Below, one piece after another: positions 1 to 12,809 of a DNA stretch of 64,000 bases; positions within the stretch are counted from its first letter, which is position 1; the number at the start of each line of letters is the position of its first letter. The notes under the pieces are model-generated. The model was not told where the DNA came from. It did not search any database and was given only the letters and a program-made list of their open reading frames with translations. Position numbers and translations under genes: made by a program. This DNA comes from Rhizophagus irregularis (Eukaryota), in NCBI RefSeq assembly GCF_026210795.1, contig NC_089432.1, forward strand, positions 682,001-746,000, written 5' to 3'.

Positions 1-1376
1 TGGTCGTTCTGAAATATCAATTTGTCATCAGCGATCAGTTTGCCACAATTAGAAAAATATTCTTTTCCAATTCCGGTTCATAGTACTAAACATACTGCCG
101 GTTCAACTAGCTCAGCTGATAATTCACCGTTAAAATACGCTTCATTTTCTAAATTTGTGGTACCGCCTCCCAAGAAGTTTCGTAAGGCACCCCCTCCTTC
201 AACAACCTTTTCAGCCGACGCGTTCGATTCTTTTACGGACAAGTTAGCTCGTCAATTTACTGATTACTATAAATTTATGAAAAAACATGACCTACGGCGT
301 ACTGTCTTGGCGCGCCAACGTGAAGCACGTATCGCTTCATCCACGCAACACCCACCTATAGCGTCTGAGACATGTGTCTCAACTCCAGATTTTTACGCAG
401 ACATCTCGTCATCAGATGGTTACGAATCCGCGCGTTCGTCCATAAGCACTGCCAGCACTTACTGTACATACCTGAAGGCTTTAAAATAAATAGTTTTACT
501 TCGGAGGATGCTGAAGTTAAAGAATTCTCTCATATTCCTATCACTCATTTACCGAACCTTTTTGAATCAAGTACTCCTATTTTGGAGGATTCTAAAGAGG
601 AAGTTGCACCAATGATACCTGGTTCAACTTACAACCACAACATTCCTATAACTTACATACCTGACCTTTTTAATACAAAAGACTCCACATCAAAGGGACT
701 CAAAGCATCGAATACTGCTTTAGATTATGATACTGCGATCATGCCTGACGCATTTAGCGATATCGCCTCCTTATCGGAGGGTTACGAAACCGCCGCCTCC
801 TCGTTGGACGAATTACCGCCAACATTCCAATTATTCACATTCCCGATCTCTTTCAATAGGGTGCCTTCCTGGTGGAGGGCATTTATGAAATTTTTGTTTT
901 TTTTTATTATTATTTTTTTACTATTCTACTAGTTTTATTATTCATTGACCCATAGTAGTATAGATTTTTCTTAATTTTGTAATTGGGTTATTAACATCAT
1001 TTAAATTGTCCGTATTTAGCATCTCAGATGCATATTCTACTTTTTTCCTTTTTTATTATTTTGAACAATTAAAAATAGTGTGAACCATTCTGCCTATGAC
1101 AGTATTTACAGGCAGCAACTCGAATGAGTTGAAAGAAAAATACGGGTCATTTTCTTTTTTTTTGGCTGTTAGAACCTTTCACGACTTAGGTTATGTCTGG
1201 GTTGTTCTTTTAAATAATCAGGCAGGACAACTTCTTCAGGCTCCTCCCGAGAGGTTGGGTTTTATCATTAATTTAGGATTAATTAGGCCTTTAGTTTATG
1301 TTTATCCTTATGTAACGTTATACTTCAGTCGTGTCTATATTTTAAAAATAAAAATAAAATAAAAATAAAAATAAAA
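1..1376 (+). mobile_element. Probable 3' end of a retroposed element (GC-richer degenerate ORF, T-rich 3' region, TAAAAA-repeat tail)
   Basis: GC content is visibly above the flanks. Two overlapping ORFs (22-489, 372-932) look like one frameshifted ORF. The segment ends in TAAAAA/TAAAA repeats at ~1344-1376, the same tail type as the LINEs at 48-56 kb. No RT or endonuclease motif is visible and the 5' part lies outside the window. Confidence 0.4.
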
Positions 1377-1514
1377 TTATTCTCGTAACCTTTTGTCAAA
1401 TAAAATCTGTGCTTGTGTAAATCATTTTTTTTTTCGTGAAGAATATCAACGGATATGTGGCGTAGTAACATGTGATTTGTTTGTGAACTGAGTTCACGAG
1501 TGTCCTTAAAATAG

Positions 1515-1623
1515 ACCGGGGTTCAGGTTCTTATCCTAGACCGCAACTGTATTAATCACGTGACGATTACTCTGAAAAAACTTATTTATATAGGGGTTTA
1601 GGATAAAGAACCTGGACCCCGGT
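1515..1623. repeat. Short inverted-repeat element (MITE-like)
   Basis: Arm ACCGGGGTTCAGGTTCTTATCCTAGACC (1515-1542) is nearly the reverse complement of GGTTTAGGATAAAGAACCTGGACCCCGGT (1595-1623). A related motif recurs at ~11226-11288. Confidence 0.65.
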
Positions 1624-1654
1624 TCAGGATAAATTTGTCCCTGAGAACTGAGTT

Positions 1655-3009
1655 TATACTTGCCGCCCATATAAATGGGATTGGGAGAATCCCATATCCC
1701 ATCCCACCCATATCCCATCCCATATCCCATTTATCCCATCCCATTTGTCATAATCCCATTCCAATCCCAAATCCCAATCCCATTCCAATCCCATATCCCA
1801 TTAATCTTATACATGTATATTGTGTAACCTTACTCCCATTGGTCTATCTATCACGTGATGTTACACAAAATTCCAAAAAAGGAAATTTTTCTTCCCACAA
1901 AAAATGAGAGATTTGGTTTCACAAGCATTCCTAAAAAGGATATTTTTATGCCGATCATATAATTCCGGCCAGAATTACAGCTCTAGTATTACGGTCCTTT
2001 TTCAAATTAGTTTTTTGCGATTTTCTCAATATCCAGTGATCCAATTTTGATAAACTTTTTTTTAATTTGTAACTAATATTAAGCTCTATAAAATAAAAAT
2101 ATTTTTTGCAAGAAATAATAAAAAAAAAAGAGCAGATTAGGTTAATTTTTGCAAAAAGCCATTATGAATTCTATAATAGATGTCTGAGGTCCTGTAATAT
2201 CAATTAAATAAGAAATATTTGGAATTAATTTTTTATTGTTGCATTTGCCTTTTTATTATAAAAAAACATTACAAAATTATAAATTTTTTATAACAAAAAT
2301 GTAATATTTTAACTTTATTTTAACCTATCTATTAAAATAATAAAAAATTTATCTATAAAATAATAAATAATAATTCATTAACATCAAATGCTTAGTATTT
2401 AATTAAAATGGCTTGGTATTCAATAAAAATGGATTTAGTTTTCTAATTTTTTTAATTTAAATTTAAATTATTAGCATATACAGTATAAGATATAATATCT
2501 TTAAAGAGATTTATTTATAATTTTTTGTATATTTAATTATTTGTAAAGTATTAACCTATTAAGCATTCATATTATTATCATATAATCTGTAATTAATCAA
2601 TTCTTAGATTAAAGAGTATTATATTTGAAAAAATTTTATGTTAAAAAAAAAGGAGTTTGCTATTTATCGCCGGAGTCACGTAATTTTTAATTTTGGCCGG
2701 AATTAAGTGATCGACATATAATTTCCTTTTTTGGATTATTGTGTAACTCATTTCCCCGTTTTTGATGAGAATCAAAATTGCCTTTTTTGGATTGTGTAAC
2801 GTTACTCAAGTGCCCAAAAAGGAAATTTTGGCCGGAATTATAAAATTTGGCTGAAATTATAGGAAATGGGATTTGGGATGGGATTTGGGATTTAGGATGG
2901 GATTGGGATTGGGATTTGGGATTGGAATGGGAATGGGATTTGGGATTTGGGATGGGATGGGATGGGATGGGATGGGACTCCCATCCCATTTAAATGGGCG
3001 GCAAGTATA
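1655..3009. mobile_element. Non-autonomous hAT-like DNA transposon
   Basis: ~30-bp TIRs TATACTTGCCGCCCAT(A/T)TAAATGGGA. Exact 8-bp TSD ACTGAGTT at 1647-1654 and 3010-3017. Subterminal (ATCCC)n repeats on the left and (GGGAT)n on the right; AT-rich non-coding interior. Confidence 0.9.
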
Positions 3010-3249
3010 ACTGAGTTCACAGTCTCTTCACGTGACTTTTAACACGTTCCCCGAGGAAATCGAAATTTTTTAGCGTTTTATATCATATCACAGAAGGATG
3101 CTGATATCAACAACAGAGCAATGGATACAGAAATAGATTAGTAATTGAGTAGCAACATAGGATAGCATCATCGTTCCTTCTGAATTATTCCTATTGTGAA
3201 GCAATGTCTCCTTCTGTAGAAAACTAATTAGTATTGGACAATAACGAAA

Positions 3250-3880
3250 ATATAGAAGCCATAAAAAAGAAGACTATTTGTAATCCAGCATAATACTTGT
3301 TTAAACAATATGAATACAAGAAATGATTTTTTTTTTCTTTACCAAAAGGTAAATTGTTTGTAATAAAAGTACCTTCAATAGAAGGAATCTCTCCTTCAAT
3401 TTTATATAATTTTCAAAATTAAAAAAGTTTAAAAGAACTTTTCCCAATCCGGGGTTGCAAGTATTATCTTAAATTTATTCCTAAAAATACGATAAAAATT
3501 TAATTTTTTTTACAATCACAAGTAATGATAAACAATATTAATTATACTTACTTTTCGTTAATTAAAGCATAATGAATATTAATTTCATTATTTTCGTCAT
3601 TATCTACTTGGTTTATTTGATTTTGATCCTCCTAAACAAAAAAAATTTTTTTTAATTTTACTTTTATAATTTTTATAAGGAAATAAATTCCGAGAGACAA
3701 ATTTCTTACTTGATATTTCATAAACTTTATAAGTACGAAATTCATCGAATTCTTGGTTAATTTTATTTTTAATTAAATAAAGTTTTAAATTTACCAGTCC
3801 GAGATTTTTTTAACAATAGAGTCAATAGATCAATATGGTATAATGGATACAAAAAAATTTTCTGGGATTTTTTTAATACA
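3250..3880 (-). pseudogene. Degraded intron-containing gene relic of unknown family
   Basis: Minus-strand exon-like pieces (QEFDEFRTYKVYEIS; DQNQINQVDNDENNEINIHYALINE; IEGEIPSIEGTFITNNLPFG), some bounded by GTAAG donors, interrupted by stops and frameshifts. Confidence 0.3.
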
Positions 3881-4884
3881 ATAGGTTGGTAAAAATAATA
3901 GAAAGCAAAAATAAGTTTTCTATCAGAATATAATAGATGGAAAATTCTTTGTATTTTTTTAATAATAGATTTTTATTAACATGGAATTGGCTGTAAAAAC
4001 CAACATGAAATTTGCTGTGAAATCGATAAAATTAAATTATTTGTATTATTTTTAAAATGATAAAAGACAGACAAAAGTATTTTACAATATTTTTATTCTT
4101 ATTTCATTATTGTGAATTCATGAGGATGTAATCTTAAATACGTGTTAATTAGATATTATCGATATTTTGGCAAAAATAAAAACATTGAATTGTACTTAAA
4201 ATCTGCTATTATATGTAGTGATAACTGATAATTGTACGAGAGCAAAGTTACTGAATTTGATATAAAGCTGGTTTTCTTTTCGGTTTTTTTTAGGTTTAGG
4301 AGAGTTACTGCGGTACTACGATAAACACCGAGTTTTGTATTGCGTAACTTTAGTTTCGTCATTTTTTTTTATTTAAAATTATTATTCATTAAAAAAATTT
4401 TCTTCTTTTTAGTTCCAAATCGGGTTCAGCGAGTTTAAACAGAGTAAGTTGATTTTTCTTATTGGCTATATATGTATAGTCTAAAGTTTTAACCTCTTAC
4501 GAAATATCTATAAGAAAAAGCAAAAAAGAATATTCTTGCAAGTTTATAAATAAAGTTGCATGGAAAATGACAATCTTAATATGTATTGCTATTTATTAAT
4601 AATTTGACGTTCAAACTTGACTTTCTGAAATAAATTTTCAACAACTTATTTAGTATCAGTAATGTCGAATCATGAAGTTAGCTGGTGACGCACGTCAGAT
4701 GTCAATCAAATGACGCAAATCGACACCTGAGGCACATCATTCAGCGGACGTGATCTACATACATCTACATACAGTAGTACTACCAGTACTACTGTACACA
4801 AAATAACGGAATTTTTTTCTTTTTACTTTTCCTACAATAATTATTTTGTTTACTGTTGGTTCACAATATCTAATAAAACTGAAA

Positions 4885-5868
4885 ATGCAGATTATTAAGG
4901 AATCAGATGAGATAAATATATCAAATAGTTTAAATAATAATCATCCAAATATTCAAAATTTCAATAAAATAAATATAAATGAAATAGAACCTACAGTACA
5001 AAATATTTCTCTTGGAGAGAATTTAAGTATTTTAATTAATCAATTGGTTAATCATATTTTAAAGGAATTAAATAAAGGAAAAGAAAAAAAGGTGATAAAA
5101 AGTTATGTTCTTGATTATATTAAAATTTTTAAGATAAATTTACAAGAAATTCCTTATTTGTTAATAGATGATTCAGATTTTATTTTTTTACTTGGATATA
5201 TTAATTATAATGGAATTGAAACTAATGTTAATAAACAAAAGGCATTTGAATTATATCAAAAAGCGGCAGAGTTAGGGAATATTATTGCCCAATTAGAACT
5301 TGCTGATATATATATTCATGGAAAGGGTATTGGAAAAAATTATATAAAGGCTTTTGAATTATCTGAGAAATTAGCAAAAGAAGGAATTCCAAATGCAATA
5401 AATAGGTTTGGTTATTGTTATGAACTTGGAATTGGAACAGATATTAATATGCAAAAGGCATTTGAATTATATCAAAAAGCAGCAGATTTGGGAAATATTA
5501 GAGCTCAATGTAATCTTGCTTTGATGTATAAAAATGGAACATGTACCGAAACAGATTATTATAAAGCTTTTGAATTAATAAATAAATCAGCAGCAGAAGG
5601 ACTTTCAGCTGGAATAAATTTGTTGGGATATTTTTATAATAATGGATTTGGAACTGAAATCAATATAAAAAAGGCATTCGAATTATATCAAAAAGCAGCA
5701 AATTTAGGAAATAGTATAGCTCAATTTAATCTTGCTTCTATGTATGAATATGGAGAAAATAATGAAATTGAAAAAAATATAAATAAAGCAATTTATTGGT
5801 ATAATAAATCTGCTGAACAAGGAGATATGGATGCTCAAAATAAATTAGAAAGTCTTCTTGATTTATAA
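4885..5868 (+). CDS. Sel1-like repeat (SLR) protein, single exon
   Basis: About 6 repeats of the type KAFELYQKAAxLGNxxAQxxL, ending KAIYWYNKSAEQG. First in-frame ATG at 4885. Confidence 0.9.
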   Translation: MQIIKESDEINISNSLNNNHPNIQNFNKININEIEPTVQNISLGENLSILINQLVNHILKELNKGKEKKVIKSYVLDYIKIFKINLQEIPYLLIDDSDFIFLLGYINYNGIETNVNKQKAFELYQKAAELGNIIAQLELADIYIHGKGIGKNYIKAFELSEKLAKEGIPNAINRFGYCYELGIGTDINMQKAFELYQKAADLGNIRAQCNLALMYKNGTCTETDYYKAFELINKSAAEGLSAGINLLGYFYNNGFGTEINIKKAFELYQKAANLGNSIAQFNLASMYEYGENNEIEKNINKAIYWYNKSAEQGDMDAQNKLESLLDL

Positions 5869-6539
5869 TGATGGTATTAAATTCATTTGTTAACGTTAAG
5901 TTTAAAAGTTTTATATAACATAATTTCTAAATTTCATAATTTATTTATTAGGTATATTTATAAAGAATGGTTATTGTGTTATTTTATGACTTTTTAGAAT
6001 TGGAATATTTTTTATTTTTTAGTTTTAATGTTATATTAGATTTCTATAAATATATTGAAGAACAAATGGAAAGTTGATTTGTTAGATATAAATTATTCGT
6101 TATAATTCATTAATATATTTGCTTTATATAATCAAATTTTAGTATGTAATAAAGAGACAAATATTCGTATTGTAAATTTACAGTATGAAATTGGCTGCCT
6201 AAGAATAAACATCGATACCATGAAAACTTGGCGTTTTATTTTATTTAATGTATAGAAATTTTTGATGATAATCTGATGCTTAGTCTAAATACACTGATAA
6301 ACGTAAGCGTGAATTAAAACACATTGCCTTCCTTCTTTGTTTTTTTATAATATTCGTAATGCTTCAAATGTTTATTTGTTTCGATTATTTTGATTGCCGA
6401 ATCTATGACGTAGAAATGCATGACACAATGATCGTCTATTATCATATGCAAATATTTCTATATTTGTAATCGGTGCTACTGTACTACCGCACATTAAATA
6501 AATAAGGTGAAAAAAATCCAGTATTGTTTATTATCCACA

Positions 6540-8838
6540 ATGTCAAGTAACATTGAAATGCAACAAACCAATAACTGGATCGAAGAAATTACATCTAAAA
6601 ATCAAATAAAATATTACGAATATAAAAATTTTCATAATATTGAAAAAATAGGAAACAATGATTTTAATGATTTTGGAGAAGTTTATCGTGCAAAATTGAA
6701 AAATTCGGATCAATATTTTACATTGAAATCATTTAATCTTGATAATGTCACTGTAAAAGAAATAATTTATGAGGTAATTATTACAAAAACATAATAATAA
6801 TATGTATAGTACAATATCTTTGATTTAAAAGTAAATTAAATATTATTTAATATCGATTATTGTAATTTAGTTTGAACTTCATCGTGAAGTCGATTTTCAA
6901 AAAAATATTATTCAATTTTTTGGTATTACAAATGAAGGTATAAAATATTATATAAAAAAGACGGTATTAGATATTTTGATTTATTTTGTACGTTAATTAT
7001 ATTTTGTTATTTATTTTAATTTTTTTTTAAAAAAAATTAGAAAATCAAAACGATCAATCGAGACAATATTTAATAGTAATGGAGTATGCTGATAGCGGTT
7101 CTCTTCAAAGCTACTTGAAAGAAAACTTTATTAAACTTTCATGGGAAGATAAATACAAATTAGCGTACCAACTAGCTTGTGCTGTATCATATTTACATGA
7201 TAAAGGAATTGAACATCGGAATTTGGTAATTAATATTAAATTGTTTGTTATTCTAATCATAATTTAAAACTTACTTATATTACATTTTATATTTTATACA
7301 ATAGTGCTCCAATAATATATTAATTCACCAAAATACTATCAAATTAACTGACTTTGGATTATCAAAAAGAATAAAAGTAGTATCTGAACAAAAAGAATCA
7401 GACCTATTTGAAATGATTCCTTATACTGATCCAAAGTGGCTAAATCATAATAATAATTTTATACAATCATATTCATTAAATAAAAAGAGTGATGTTTACA
7501 GTATTGGAGTAATTTTATGGGAGATATCAAGTGGCCAACCACCATTTAAAGATGAATCACATGACGCTGATTTAATTATGCGAATTGTACAAGGTTATAG
7601 AGAAATCGTTGTTTCAGATACTCCTTCCAATTATTCTATTCTTTATACTGGTAAATATAAATTTTGATTTTAATCTTTCTAATCTAATTTATCAATATTA
7701 TTAATAAAATTTATATATAGAATGTTGGGACAATGAACCAAATAACAGACCAACTATGAACCAAGTAGTTTCCAAATTAAAAGTAATTATCACTAATTCA
7801 AATATTATAATAGAAGATTATTTAATTCAATCATTAAACAAGCAACAACTTAATTTAGAAAATATCAATACATTAATTACTCATAATAATGTATTATATA
7901 AAGAAATATTTCAAGATTTTACTAAAATTTATATGAGAGAAATAGAACCTAATGCTCAAAATATTCATGATGTTATATTTGAAGAAGAATTAGGTGTTGT
8001 AGTTGATGAGTTGGTTAACCTTCATTGTAAGGAACTAAATAGTGGAAAAGAAGACAATATAAGAAAACAACATACTCTTGATCATATTAATAATTACAAG
8101 ATAAGTGTACAAGAAATCTATTATTGGTTATTAAATAATCAAAAAGATTCAAATTCTGTTTATTTATTTGGATATTTTAATTGTAAGGGTATTGGGATTG
8201 ATATTGATAATCAAAAAACATTTGGATTGTATAAAAAAGCGGCAGAATTAGAAAATATTGCTGCCCAATTAGAGCTTGCCGATATATATATTCATGGAAA
8301 GGGTATTGGAAAAAATTACATTAAAGCTTTTGAATTATCAGAGAAATTAACAAAAGAAGGAAATCCAAATGCAATAAATAGGTTAGGTTATTGTTACAAA
8401 CATGGAGTTGGAACGGATATTAATACAGAAAAAGCATTTGAATTATATCAAAAAGCAGCAAATTTAGGAAATATGAGAGCTCAATGTAATCTTGCTTTAA
8501 TGTATAAAGATGGAAGTGGTATTAATGTTGATTATAAAAAAACTTTTGGATTATTAAAAAAACCAGCAGAGGAAGAACATTCAGTTGGAATGAATTTGTT
8601 AGGATATTGTTATCATTTTGGTATCGGAACAAGCATAAATTTGCAAAAAGCGTTAGAATTATATCAAAAATCTGCAAAATTAGGAAATTGTTATGCTCAA
8701 TATAATCTTGGTGCAATGTACGAAAATGGAGAGGGAGTTGAAATAGATATTGATCAAGCAATATTTTGGTATAAAAAATCTGCTGAAAAAGGAAATGAAG
8801 GCGCTCAAATTAGATTATATTATTTACTAATAGAGTGA
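6540..8838 (+). CDS. Tyrosine-kinase-like (pseudo)kinase fused to C-terminal Sel1 repeats; ~5 exons (approx. 6540-6773, 6871-6937, 7041-7225, 7305-7650, 7721-8838)
   Basis: Kinase subdomain motifs run across GT-AG introns (FGEVYRA, LKSF, VMEYADSGSL, HRNL, KLTDFGLSK, PYTDP, KSDVYSIGVILWEISSGQPPF, CWDNEPNNRP), followed by Sel1 repeats. Confidence 0.9.
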
Positions 8839-11397
8839 ATTGACTCAAGTTGACTTGAGTAACATAAGTATGAGTTCAATGTGGATTCGCGCATATTATG
8901 ATTATCTTTATAAACTATAAGTCAAAAATTCCGGCTAAAGTATTTGCTCTAGTAACTCTTTTATTATAAATATATTGCTTAACTATAAATTAAAAACACT
9001 GTATTATTTTATTATGAAATTATAGGATTTTATCAACAAGTGTAAACATATACGACTTAAATATTATTGAACTTCTTTAATGAAAAGATTTACTTGAAAA
9101 AAATACAAATTAATCTTAAACATTTCTATGTTCAATATATATTCTGAGAAGTTTTTGTTTATTACTTATGTATAATTCTTTAATAAATTCATCTTATCTG
9201 TTATACCTTTATAAAATTTATATAAAATAGTTGGCTATAATTTCTTAATTTTTTTTTTTTGAGATAAAATTTCCGATTTTTGAGTTTTCTATTGAGTTTA
9301 GTATCTGTTTAAAACATAATTGCGTTTAGTAATAAGTGGCAACTACTAAATTATAAAAGAAGTTCATTACTTTTATATTATCACTAAAAGTTGGAAAATG
9401 CTAGTTTTGATCATATCTAAATCGAAATAAATAGGAAAATTTATTATGATCTTATTTTTAATATGAAAACCAAGTTGAATAAAGGTTAATTATGGAACTA
9501 CAGCTATTAAGCATATGGAATAACATCCTCTGTAACTTTAAATCTTTTTATAATTATGATATATACAGTATGTGTATGTATGTACAGTAATGCATTATAA
9601 TAATTTTGAGTCCGAGTTTTATATATTTCTTCGTAAGGCGAATTACTCAAATCTGTATTATATCTAATTTGTATTAACAATATGTAGTAAAACTCATGCT
9701 GTAAAACAGAAATTCCATACAACGACCTTTTATATGATACCAACTGAACTATAATTCATAAAAGTGTAAGGTTCTTCATATTTTTTAACTATATGTATTC
9801 AATCCATAGAGCCATAGACTCAATGATTTATTGACTCTCGTATCTACTGCTTTTTTATAATCTTTATAATCCCATACTCCACATTAATACTTTTTTTGCC
9901 TGTTACCCGCTGTTACCATTAATTGCTGTAAAATCTCTTCTTGTATCTTTAATTTCAAACATCTTTCCATTACCTAACGTTACATCATCAGTTTAATTGT
10001 AATTTACGCAATAATCAAATAAAACAAATTTTATTCGTGTTTTTTTTTTTAAAAAAAATAATAATAATAATTACAGTATATAAGCTGGTTTGGTAAAATT
10101 ACATTGTTGATGACTGAAACTATTTAATTATCGAAGCCAAACTTTGTTATTATTATAAAGAAACCATTAAAATACTAAATGCCGAGAAAGAAATCAAATT
10201 CAAATGAAACCTTAAAAGAAAAAAAACAGTTATCAAGAAGTCCGAGAAAATTCGTATTCTTAAAGAATTATTCTTAAGAATGTCCTTAATAGACTTTTTT
10301 TAAAAGAAAAGATAAGAAAATCTAAGTCTAGTGTTCATAAAATAAATTTTTTGATTCATAACTGCGATATTTGAAAAGAGAGTTCAGTATTAAAAACAAT
10401 GAGAAAATAAAACGTTAATGATATGCAGCAATTGATATAAGAATTTTGTTTAAAAGAAGAAACAATTAAGTTCCAATGTGTTCGGCATTCTTAAATTCCC
10501 TAATTAAAGATAAATATTTTCAAAGAAAAAACATTCCTAAAGATAATAAACATATTTCTGAAAGTGAATGAATTAAAAATTTTTTTCTTTAAAGAATAGC
10601 CTACTAAATTTATTAAAATCTGAAATACGAATTATTTAAGAAAATACTGTATATATATACTTGTGAGATTTAGATTTAGCAATTTCATTTTTTTCTTTTG
10701 TCATGTTATATTTTCGGATGTAGGTGAAACCTATGAGTTCCGTCAGATCTACAAATTTCTGAAACCTCCAAAATTTCCGTTAGAATTTATGATTATTTTT
10801 ACAATCTCAATAAAATGAATAGATGAAATTTATTAAATGAATATATATTCATATTACATGCTATTATGCTTTATACTACAATTTACAAATAATTTTCTAC
10901 TGTTAATTCTAGATCCCAATCATTTTCAGCATCAACATCAATCTCTTCATCATTTACTGTATCATCATCATTATGCATATCGGTTCACATACAGGTGGGT
11001 TCTTTTTTTTTTTTTGTTTTCTTTTTCGTTTTCTAAATTCATTTCTAACTTCTTTTCTTTTTTTTTTGTTTCTTTCTTTTCGGTCCTTCTTTCTTTTTGT
11101 TCTTTTGTTTTCTCTTTTTCGTGTTTTCACTGCGTTTTGTTTTCTTTTTTTTTCTTCAATACCCAAAGAAAAAAGAGAAAGGTGATATGAAAAAAATTAT
11201 TAAGAAAAATAAAAACTAAACGCGTCCTAGACCCCAGTTCAAGTTTCTTATTCTAGACCCCGGGGTTCAGAATTCTTATCCTAGACCCTCCTTAAATATG
11301 ATTGATTTAATCAGCCACCGAAATCCATTAGACAAGACTTATTTTTGCATAACATTTATCTGTTATCTTGGAAAATTTTTCACGATGTACTGTATAC

Positions 11398-11767
11398 CTG
11401 TGAGAAGAATAGTTGTGGAGTCCGGTGAGGATGTTGAGTGGAGTACGGTGACATTTGGCGGTGTGTAACATAAGAGTGTGAAGCGTACTCAGGTGATAAG
11501 AACTACCAAAAATAATATTTATTTTTTTTTTCAAAAAATATTAAAATATTTATTATTATTTTTATTGACATAATATCTCAAATAAATAATAATAATAATA
11601 ATAATGATTACGCCTGATACCTTGATGAATACTATCTCAGCCCGAAAATATTTTTGAGCATGCCATGTTGGTACACTCTGAATCACGTGTTTGGCCGTCG
11701 TGTTAGAGTAAACTGTCACATATGGGACCGGACTCCACACCGGACTCCACAACTTTCCATATCACTA
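11398..11767. mobile_element. hAT-like MITE (370 bp)
   Basis: 30-bp imperfect TIRs with a perfect 17-bp core AGTTGTGGAGTCCGGTG (11411-11427 and 11738-11754). 8-bp TSD CTGTATAC at 11390-11397 and 11768-11775. Confidence 0.8.
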
Positions 11768-11774
11768 CTGTATA

Positions 11775-11940
11775 CACGCGTAACAACTATAACTTTCATC
11801 TTAGAAGATTTTCATAAATTTTTTTTTTATAATATATACATTAATACGCACGTAACATTTTTATCTTAGAAAATTTTCATAAATTTTTTTTATTATACAT
11901 TATACGCTAATACGCGCGTAACATTTATAGAAATTTTTCA
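11775..11940. repeat. Degenerate ~65-bp tandem repeat, ~2.5 copies
   Basis: Recurrent ACGC(A/G)CGTAACA...TAGAA(G/A)ATTTTCATAAATTTTTTT units. Confidence 0.55.
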
Positions 11941-12809
11941 AGATTTTTAAATTAATTTTTTTATTAAAGAAATATTTTACAACGAGATACAAAGTATGAG
12001 CATTTTTCTTGGAATATTTTATGACAAAAAATTAAACTAAACCAAATATTAGAAATGTTTATCAAATGGGTAAAGAATTATCTATTATATTATTATTTAT
12101 TCTCTCCTTACAAAATAACCTTTGTATTAAAAAAATACCATTATTAAAGTGAAAACACTTCACAAATTTTCCATTGAAATTTTGTTTGTAAATATGAGTA
12201 TTCAAACAATTTTATTTTTCAACATACCAATCAAAGCCAATTAATTTAATCAGAATGCTAAAATTATACTATGAAAATCTACAAAAAGCACGTACATGTT
12301 AGTAAAATCACAAACTTTAGTTGAAAGAAGTTTCAAACAATACATAATAATTATTTAATCCAAAACTCAAAGAAACCAGAATAAACTTACCTATTGCAAG
12401 TGTTAAAGCGTAATTATTAGGGAAAGTACACTTTGTATTTATTTGATTTAAAAATTTTGAAATTTTTGATAAAAAGATTTATTTATTGTTCTAATATACA
12501 CTATTATGAAAATAATGGTAATAAAAAAATATTTAATATAAAAAAAAGAATATAAAAGAAAAAAAACCAAATGAAAGAGCAGTGTAAGAAAGAGTGTGAG
12601 CATAGCGTTTATGATTTCGTGTGAAAAAAAAAATGGACTAACACATGGTCAATAATAACATAATCAGTTTTCCCAACAGAACTAATGATAACTTTATTTT
12701 TCCGGTGCATGTAAGTTTAGTCAATAGCATAATAAATATGACAATATACAAAGTATAGACATTATTTTTATTTTATAATGTTTTACATTCGTAGTATAAA
12801 AAAAAATGA

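Noticed and set aside
1690..2990. Telomere-like (ATCCC)n/(GGGAT)n tracts and the Pro/Ile-rich ORFs 1635-1907 and 2687-2989
   Set aside because: These are subterminal repeats inside the hAT-like element, not TTAGGG arrays, and the ORFs are spurious translations.
10837..11190. Phe-rich and Lys-rich ORFs on both strands
   Set aside because: Low-complexity poly-T/purine tract with no domain signal.
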